DNA of 13,094 bases from IMG/VR virus record IMGVR_UViG_2703718822_000001, positions 1 through 13,094 of that record; one strand, written 5' to 3'. Shown here one piece after another: positions 7,793 to 13,094 of the stretch; position 1 is the first letter of the stretch, and each line of letters starts with the position of its first letter. The notes under the pieces are model-generated. The model did not search any database. It was not told where the DNA came from and saw only the letters and a program-made list of their open reading frames with translations. The DNA is from a virus (lineage: Duplodnaviria > Heunggongvirae > Uroviricota > Caudoviricetes). Position numbers and translations under genes: made by a program.

Positions 7793-8212
7793 ATGGTTCA
7801 TGAAGATAAAGCGCGTAAAGAGTTCGCCAGTAGGCTTGCGCTAGCCTGTGAAAACGCTGGTTATGAACAACATGGAAGGCAGGCAGAAATTGCCCGTCGA
7901 ATGAAATTAACACCAAAAGCGGTTAGCAAATGGTTTAATGGCGAAACAATTCCTCGCCGAGAGAAATTAAGGGAATTAGCAACACTCATTGGAACAACAC
8001 CAACCTATCTTTTGGGAGAGGATACAGAAGAAAGTGGACAGGTACGTTTCTATCAGGAGTTAAATCCAAGACAAAAAATCATCATTGATCTTCTGGACGA
8101 GCTCCCTGACAGTGAGACAGATGAACTTTTAAAAACTCTTGAGGAGAAAAAACAAAAGTACAATGCAATTTACGAAGAGTTAGCACGAAAGAAAAAACAA
8201 AAAGCCTCTTAA
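7793..8212 (+). CDS. dicA: DicA-like (RacR-like) XRE-family HTH immunity repressor without a peptidase S24 domain
   Basis: 139 aa. HTH region GRQAEIARRMKLTPKAVSKWFNGETIPRREKLRELATLIGTTPTYLLGED. C-terminal LNPRQKIIIDLLDELPDSETDELL... resembles the DicA C-terminus as I recall it. Divergent from the Cro-like gene and followed by ydfA/B/C-dicF-dicB as in Qin. Symbol is by synteny plus resemblance. Confidence 0.7.
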   Translation: MVHEDKARKEFASRLALACENAGYEQHGRQAEIARRMKLTPKAVSKWFNGETIPRREKLRELATLIGTTPTYLLGEDTEESGQVRFYQELNPRQKIIIDLLDELPDSETDELLKTLEEKKQKYNAIYEELARKKKQKAS

Positions 8213-8275
8213 ACCAGCATAAATCCGGTAGCGTCCCCCTCCGGGTTTGTGTTTCACTTTTTCCCATCTCATTTT

Positions 8276-8335
8276 TTTACACATAAAATGTACTTAAAGT
8301 ACTTTACAACACTGAACATAAAGTACATTATATAC
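8276..8335 (+). promoter_or_regulatory. candidate repressor-controlled promoter of the downstream dicB-type operon
   Basis: AT-rich region with -35-like TTTACA (8303-8308) and -10-like CATTAT (8326-8331), overlapped by GTAC-core operator-like repeats ATGTACTTAAAGTACTTT (8287-8304) and AAGTACATT (8321-8329). The 8-mer AGTACATT is identical to that at 7760-7767. Confidence 0.4.
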
Positions 8336-8510
8336 ATACCAACCCACCCCGCCCCACAGAACGCAGGGCAATACTTCGAGTTACCAGGCAGTGGTCAGGG
8401 GTTAAGTAGCCAGCCCGAGGCGTAAGAACATGACGGCAGGGTTCAACTTTAATAACTATGCAGCAGGTTTTTGTTCCGCTACCCCGGCGTTAAGGGGAAA
8501 TGAGGTCAGC

Positions 8511-8666
8511 ATGGATACTATCGATCTTGGCAACAACGAATCTCTGGTGTACGGCGTGTTTCCAAACCAAGACGGTACGTTCACCGCGATGACGTATACC
8601 AGAAGCAAAACGTTTAAAACCGAAGCTGGCGCGCGTCGCTGGCTGGAAAGAAATTCAGGTGAGTGA
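8511..8666 (+). CDS. ydfA: YdfA-like small protein (51 aa)
   Basis: Start set at ATG 8511 (MDTIDLGNNESLVYGVFPNQ...), which has a GAGGT RBS at 5-nt spacing; the ORF-track start at 8430 has a weaker RBS. Resulting 51 aa equals the K-12 YdfA length, and it is the first gene after the DicA-like repressor. Confidence 0.55.
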   Translation: MDTIDLGNNESLVYGVFPNQDGTFTAMTYTRSKTFKTEAGARRWLERNSGE

Positions 8667-8667
8667 T

Positions 8668-8796
8668 ATGGATTTCGACGCAATCATGGAAAAGGCTTAC
8701 GAAGAATACTTCGAAGGCCTTGCCGAAGGCGAAGAAGCTCTCAGCTTCAGTGAGTTTAAACAGGCGCTTTCCAGTTCGGCAAAATCTAACGACTGA
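8668..8796 (+). CDS. ydfB: YdfB-like small acidic protein (42 aa)
   Basis: Hand-translated: MDFDAIMEKAYEEYFEGLAEGEEALSFSEFKQALSSSAKSND. ATG 1 nt after the ydfA-like TGA. 42 aa equals the K-12 YdfB length. Below the ORF-track cutoff. Confidence 0.55.
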   Translation: MDFDAIMEKAYEEYFEGLAEGEEALSFSEFKQALSSSAKSND

Positions 8797-8825
8797 TAAG
8801 CGAAGCGGCACCGCGAGGAATCAGT

Positions 8826-9041
8826 ATGCAGAAACGAGAACCCGTCATCATCGCACCAGACTATACCGAGGATGAAATTTACGAATGGATGTGCGGAAAG
8901 ATACGCGCCATTAATGACCTGAAGCAGGCCGCTGACTACAAAGAGCGCCTCTCTAAAGAACTGGTGTCAGCGGAGCAGGATATTACCACTCTGGCAAAAA
9001 GCGCGGCATTAAACGTTTCGCGAGTGATTGAAAACTACTGA
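8826..9041 (+). CDS. ydfC: YdfC-like small protein (71 aa)
   Basis: 71-aa ORF with GAGGAA RBS. Third small gene of the operon; K-12 YdfC is 72 aa as I recall. Confidence 0.55.
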   Translation: MQKREPVIIAPDYTEDEIYEWMCGKIRAINDLKQAADYKERLSKELVSAEQDITTLAKSAALNVSRVIENY

Positions 9042-9130
9042 CCAATGAGCTCAAGTAGTTCTCCGCAGATGAAGTGCGTGCGCCGGACACGGATAAACCT
9101 CCGGCATGCTCTTTAACAATCTGGATATTC

Positions 9131-9577
9131 CTAACCACAAAGAAATCGCATCAATTTGGATTTTGTGGGCAACTTCTCGTGTTGTTCGATGGAGACGCCT
9201 ATTTTGATCTGTGTTTTTAAGATCGCAATATCTTTAAGTGATGACCAAATATGATCATCTGTTTTTCCCAGAGTTTTTAACTGAATTTTCAATTCCGAAT
9301 CAGAATATTTTTCTGCATCATCAAAAAGCTGCAAATATTCTGCGGATTTTCTCATGGCATTACCTGACTTTTGTCCGAATCCATAAATCGTTTGGTCGGT
9401 TGCGATCACAACAATAAAAACGCCAGAAATTTCCGGAATGAATCCGCCAATGACAGATGAACCGAGGATAATACTCACTACTGAGAGAAGTTTATCGAGA
9501 CGACCAGTCGCTACAGAAAACAGTTGCTCAAGAAAATAGCCATATAAAATTCTGTCAAGAATATCATCCCGGTCCAT
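9131..9577 (-). CDS. reverse-oriented two-TM membrane protein; candidate superinfection-exclusion / abortive-infection effector (SieB-like position, SLATT-like topology)
   Basis: 148-aa ORF, ATG at 9575-9577 with AGGTGA RBS. Two adjacent hydrophobic helices (LLSVVSIILGSSVIGGFI and ISGVFIVVIATDQTIYGF) followed by about 78 aa of soluble, charged C-terminus. Locally AT-rich compared with neighbours. Opposite orientation to the dicA-dicB operon and lying where K-12 Qin, as I recall, has only a short ydfC-dicF spacer. Confidence 0.7.
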   Translation of the reverse strand: MDRDDILDRILYGYFLEQLFSVATGRLDKLLSVVSIILGSSVIGGFIPEISGVFIVVIATDQTIYGFGQKSGNAMRKSAEYLQLFDDAEKYSDSELKIQLKTLGKTDDHIWSSLKDIAILKTQIKIGVSIEQHEKLPTKSKLMRFLCG

Positions 9578-9636
9578 ACACCATCACCTGCTTGTGCTCT
9601 TTGCTCTGTCATATGATTTCCTTGGATCGTTGGGGA

Positions 9637-9672
9637 TATCCAGATTATACAGATTTCCTGTCGTTGGGGAAT
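9637..9672 (-). promoter_or_regulatory. candidate promoter for the 9131-9577 gene
   Basis: Perfect -10 TATAAT on the minus strand (complement of 9644-9649), preceded by TG; weak -35 TTCCCC (complement of 9667-9672) at 17-bp spacing. About 65-nt leader to the ATG. Confidence 0.35.
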
Positions 9673-9926
9673 GACGGAAACCACCTCGCCTGACGTGGTT
9701 AAAAGCAGGCACACAACACGAAAGCGCACGGCGAAGTTCGTCTCACTGCACGGTGTCGTTAAATTTAATTCGACCGTGCGCTTCCGGTTGTGGCGCCCCG
9801 CGAAATGGCGCGGCGGTAAGTATGGCGGGGGTGGGAGGGACGCCTTTCCCCGTTGAGGACACCGGGTTGTCAGGTTGACCATACGCTTAAGTGACAACCC
9901 CGCTACAACGCCCTCTGTTATCAATA

Positions 9927-9984
9927 TTCTGGTGACATTTGGCGGTATCAGTTTTACTCCGTGACTGCTCTGCCGCCCTTTTTT
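9927..9984 (+). ncRNA. dicF: DicF small RNA (ftsZ-targeting) with intrinsic terminator-like 3' end
   Basis: ttctggtgacatttggcggtatcagttttactccgtgactgctctgccgccc followed by a run of six T (9979-9984). This matches the E. coli DicF sequence as I recall it (UUUCUGGUGACGUUUGGCGGUAUCAGUUUUACUCCGUGACUGCUCUGCCGCCC) apart from about two substitutions near the 5' end. Lies 170 bp upstream of dicB as in Qin. Confidence 0.85.
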
Positions 9985-9987
9985 AAA

Positions 9988-10139
9988 AGTGAATTTTGTG
10001 ATGCGGTGAATGCGGCTCAGCGCACGCGGAACAGTTAAAACCAAAAACAGTGTTATGGGTGGATTCTCTGTATCCGGCGTTAATTGTTAACTGGTTAACG
10101 TCACCTGGAGGCACCAGGCACCGCATCACAAAATTCATT
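9988..10139. repeat. long inverted repeat (18-bp perfect core, about 21 bp extended) bracketing 110 bp between dicF and dicB
   Basis: 9991-10008 GAATTTTGTGATGCGGTG is the exact reverse complement of 10119-10136 CACCGCATCACAAAATTC; pairing extends to 9988/10139 with one G-T. The loop contains GTTAAC-TG-GTTAAC (10087-10100) and CCTGG-aggca-CCAGG (10104-10118). Confidence 0.5.
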
Positions 10140-10154
10140 GTTGAGGACGCGATA

Positions 10155-10343
10155 ATGGAAAAGTTATCATGTAATGCCAGCACGTCTGAACTTCGTTTCG
10201 AAATTGGCGTTATCACTGGAGACAAAACATTTATTGAAGACGCCATTAAGCAGAGAAAACTCGAGCAGGACCTGTTAAATGAAGTATGCATTCCTTCAAT
10301 GCTGGCTCGTCTGGACCTGCTGCAAAAAGGATATAAACAATGA
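10155..10343 (+). CDS. dicB: DicB cell-division inhibitor (MinC-dependent FtsZ antagonist)
   Basis: 62 aa: MEKLSCNASTSELRFEIGVITGDKTFIEDAIKQRKLEQDLLNEVCIPSMLARLDLLQKGYKQ. Closely parallels E. coli DicB as I recall it (same length; FEIGV...TEDAI..RK...LLN..CI.SMLARL). GAGGA RBS. Stop overlaps the ydfD-like ATG (ATGA). Confidence 0.85.
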   Translation: MEKLSCNASTSELRFEIGVITGDKTFIEDAIKQRKLEQDLLNEVCIPSMLARLDLLQKGYKQ

Positions 10344-10531
10344 ATACAACATTTGCACTCGTTCTGACAGTTTATCTTGTTTCCGGCGAATCTCTTGAGC
10401 TGGTGACTGGCTTATACGGTTCAATGAAAGAATGCATGGCTGCAGCAGCAGAACAAAAAATTCCCGGTAACTGTTATCCGGTAGATAAAACTACTCACAC
10501 TAATAATAACGAAATACCGGCAGGACTTTAA
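10340..10531 (+). CDS. ydfD: YdfD-like small protein with N-terminal hydrophobic segment (reported lysis-type protein in Qin)
   Basis: 63 aa, equal to the K-12 YdfD length, directly after dicB. N-terminal TFALVLTVYLVSG hydrophobic helix. Confidence 0.55.
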   Translation: MNTTFALVLTVYLVSGESLELVTGLYGSMKECMAAAAEQKIPGNCYPVDKTTHTNNNEIPAGL

Positions 10532-10624
10532 AACAGCACCGTAATTAATATCCGGTTTCATTTTTATATGCCAGCAATGGCAGGGATTTGTTCACCCTTA
10601 AATCTGTAATGAGGTTAAAACAAA

Positions 10625-13094
10625 ATGAGTAAAGTCTTTATTTGCGCCGCCATTCCGGACGAACAGGCAATAAAAGAAGAGGGCGCAGTTGCTGTAGCCA
10701 CTGCCATTGAAGCCGGTGATGAACGCCGCGCCCGTGCCAAATTTACCTGGCAATTCCTGGAGCAATATCCTGCTGCTCAGGACTGCGCTTATAAATTTCT
10801 TGTCTGCGAAGATAAACCCGGCATGCCCCGCCCTGCTATCGACTCCTGGGATACCGAATATATGCAGGAAAACCGCTGGGATGAGGAATCCGCTTCCTTT
10901 ATTCCGGTCGAACCAGAATCCGATCCTATTAACGTCAATTTTGACAAGCTGTCCCTTGAAGTACAGAACGCGGCCCTAGTTAAGTTCGGTACATGTGAAA
11001 ACATCACCGTTGATATGGCGATTGACGCGCAGGAATTACTGCAAGAAGACGTGGCTACCTTTGACGGGCATATCGTTGAAGCACTGATGAAAACGCCTGA
11101 AATTAACGCTATGTATCCGGAACGCAAACTGTTCGCTATCGGATGGGTTAAACACAAATGTAAGCCGGGTACCAAATGGCCCGAAATTCAGGCTGAATTA
11201 CGTAACTGGAAAAAACGGCAGGACGCAGAGCGCAAAGAGACTGGAAAATACACGTCTGTTGTTGATCTTGCCCGCGCCAAAGCCAACCGACAGCACACTG
11301 AAAACCCAGCAGAAAAAATCCCTCCTGTAACTGCCGCCATTCATCGCGAATACAAGCAGACATGGAAAACCCTGGACAGGGAGCTGGCCTACTATCTCTG
11401 GCCTGGTGATGCGGATGCCGGAAACATTGACGGCAGCATCCTTCGCTGGGCTAAAAATGAAATTATCGCCAGAGATCGCGAAGACTGGAAGCGCATCTCC
11501 GCATCAATGCGCAAACAACCTGATGCGCTTCGCTACAGCCGCCAGACTATTTTTGGCCTTGTCCGTGAACGCCCGATCGACATTCACAAAGATCCCGTGG
11601 CACTGAACAAATACATCACTGAATACCTGACTACAAAGGGCGTGTTTGAAGATGACGAAGGAACAAATCAGGGCACAGCTAATACTCTCTCGTCGCCAGT
11701 ACCAGAAACTGACGCAGTGGAAACGGCAATTCAGGACAACGAAAAAACCGAATGCAAAGTGGAAGTCGAATCATCTGTAGAGCGTGAGGGGCCGTTCTAC
11801 TTCCTCTTCACCGACAAGGATGGCGAAAAATACGGTCGCGCAAACAAACTTTCTGGTCTGGATAAGGCACTGGCTGCCGGGGCTACTGAAATCACGAAAG
11901 AAGAATATTTCGCCCGCAAAAACAGTACATACTCAGGTTCACAACAAAATACTGGTGCATCTGACACGACCGCACAACCAGAGCCGGTAAAAGTTACCGC
12001 TGACGAAGTAAACAAAATTATGCAGGCAGCCAATATCAGCCAGCCTGACGCCGATAAGTTGCTTGCTGCCTCTCGCGGAGAATTTGTTGCAGGGATTAGC
12101 GACCCGAATGATCCGAAATGGGTTAAGGGGATCCAGACCCGCGATTCTGTAAACCAGAACCAGCATGAATCGGAACGGAACTACCAAAAAGCGGAACAAA
12201 ACAGCCCAAATGCGTTACAAAACGAGCCAGAAACGAAACAGCCTGAACCAGTGGCGCAACAGGAAGTGGAAAAAGTCTGCACCGCCTGCGGTCAGACCGA
12301 CGGCGGCAACTGCCCTGATTGTGGCGCGGTGATGGGCGACGCAACATACCAGGAAACATTCGATGAAGAGTATCAGGTTGAAGTTCAGGAAGATGATCCG
12401 GAGAAAATGGAAGGCGCTGAACATCCACACAAGGAGAACACTGGCGGCAATCAGCATCACGATAGCGATAATGAAACTGGCGAGACGGCAGATCACTCAA
12501 TTAAGGTGAACAGTCATCAAGAAATCACATCCACCAGCAGGACGTGTGACCATCTAATGATCGACCTTGAAACCATGGGAAAAAATCCTGATGCCCCGAT
12601 CATCTCAATAGGTGCAATATTTTTCGATCCGCAAACCGGAGATATGGGACCGGAATTTAGTAAGACTATCGATCTGGAAACTGCTGGCGGAGTCATTGAT
12701 CGGGACACCATTAAATGGTGGCTTAAGCAATCACGCGAAGCGCAATCTGCCATTATGACCGATGAAATCCCGTTAGATGATGCACTGTTACAATTGCGGG
12801 AATTTATCGACGAAAACTCCGGTGAATTTTTTGTTCAGGTCTGGGGAAATGGAGCCAACTTCGACAACACGATTTTGCGCCGTTCATACGAACGGCAGGG
12901 GATCCCCTGCCCGTGGCGTTACTACAACGATCGCGATGTACGCACAATCGTTGAGCTGGGGAAAGCCATAGACTTCGATGCCAGAACGGCTATTCCATTC
13001 GAAGGTGAGCGCCATAATGCACTTGATGACGCCCGTTACCAGGCAAAATACGTTTCAGTTATCTGGCAAAAACTGATCCCGAGTCAGGCTGATT
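10625..13094 (+). CDS. large early-left-operon protein (at least 823 aa, 3' end beyond window) with C4 zinc ribbon and DEDDh 3'-5' exonuclease domain; YdfE/RecE-position protein
   Basis: I hand-checked codon by codon: ATG at 10625 (GAGGT RBS 9 nt upstream) and no in-frame stop through 13093. Absent from the ORF track only because it runs off the window. Zinc ribbon CTACGQTDGGNCPDCG at about 12283-12330. Exonuclease motifs: Exo I MIDLETMG (about 12557-12580), Exo II GNGANFDNTIL, Exo III HNALDDARYQAKY (His codon 13013-13015). Confidence 0.8.
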   Translation, partial: MSKVFICAAIPDEQAIKEEGAVAVATAIEAGDERRARAKFTWQFLEQYPAAQDCAYKFLVCEDKPGMPRPAIDSWDTEYMQENRWDEESASFIPVEPESDPINVNFDKLSLEVQNAALVKFGTCENITVDMAIDAQELLQEDVATFDGHIVEALMKTPEINAMYPERKLFAIGWVKHKCKPGTKWPEIQAELRNWKKRQDAERKETGKYTSVVDLARAKANRQHTENPAEKIPPVTAAIHREYKQTWKTLDRELAYYLWPGDADAGNIDGSILRWAKNEIIARDREDWKRISASMRKQPDALRYSRQTIFGLVRERPIDIHKDPVALNKYITEYLTTKGVFEDDEGTNQGTANTLSSPVPETDAVETAIQDNEKTECKVEVESSVEREGPFYFLFTDKDGEKYGRANKLSGLDKALAAGATEITKEEYFARKNSTYSGSQQNTGASDTTAQPEPVKVTADEVNKIMQAANISQPDADKLLAASRGEFVAGISDPNDPKWVKGIQTRDSVNQNQHESERNYQKAEQNSPNALQNEPETKQPEPVAQQEVEKVCTACGQTDGGNCPDCGAVMGDATYQETFDEEYQVEVQEDDPEKMEGAEHPHKENTGGNQHHDSDNETGETADHSIKVNSHQEITSTSRTCDHLMIDLETMGKNPDAPIISIGAIFFDPQTGDMGPEFSKTIDLETAGGVIDRDTIKWWLKQSREAQSAIMTDEIPLDDALLQLREFIDENSGEFFVQVWGNGANFDNTILRRSYERQGIPCPWRYYNDRDVRTIVELGKAIDFDARTAIPFEGERHNALDDARYQAKYVSVIWQKLIPSQAD

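Noticed and set aside
8213-8260. Intrinsic terminator after the repressor gene
   Set aside because: Only a 4-bp CCGG/CCGG stem with a T-rich region; too weak to call.
9671-9856. 61-aa basic plus-strand ORF (RGGKYGGGGR-containing)
   Set aside because: No usable RBS (GGGG only 1 nt from the ATG); composition driven by the G-rich tract. More likely a noncoding structured region.
9511-10044. 177-aa minus-strand ORF spanning the 148-aa gene start, the GC-rich element and dicF
   Set aside because: Arg/Pro-rich translation typical of GC-rich antisense frames; runs antisense through the conserved dicF sequence and overlaps the 148-aa gene out of frame.
9780-10140. Retron msr-msd or tRNA-like element
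   Set aside because: No adjacent reverse transcriptase gene and no cloverleaf-compatible stems or anticodon arm. The inverted repeats are better explained as RNA processing structure or a MITE-like unit.
10789-12753. Multiple 65-128-aa minus-strand ORFs
   Set aside because: All lie antisense within the continuous plus-strand ORF of at least 823 aa, which has clear exonuclease motifs.

Overview
This 13.1 kb window reads as the early-regulatory core of a lambdoid prophage of the Qin/Rac type from an E. coli-like enterobacterial genome. All calls below come from reading translations and motifs by eye; no searches or folding were run, and sequence comparisons to known proteins are from memory. 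Minus strand, read right to left from the immunity switch at about 7.7 kb: Cro-like, YdaT-like, O-like replication initiator with an internal iteron origin, DnaC-like helicase loader, a run of small nin-region-like genes, a DUF551 protein, a YdfU-like DUF968 protein, RusA resolvase, and the late antiterminator Q, which runs off the left edge. Plus strand from the switch: DicA-like repressor, ydfA/ydfB/ydfC-like small genes, DicF sRNA, DicB division inhibitor, YdfD-like protein, then a very large ORF (at least 823 aa, still open at the right edge) with a C4 zinc ribbon and a DEDDh 3'-5' exonuclease domain. Two opposite-strand inserts interrupt this synteny. One is a tail-anchored coiled-coil protein with its own promoter and terminator (2213-2548). 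The other, the best candidate for an undescribed function, is an AT-rich insertion of roughly 0.8-0.9 kb between ydfC and dicF carrying a reverse-oriented 148-aa two-TM membrane protein (9131-9577) with its own promoter; I propose superinfection exclusion or abortive infection. No rRNA, tRNA, CRISPR array or IS element was seen.
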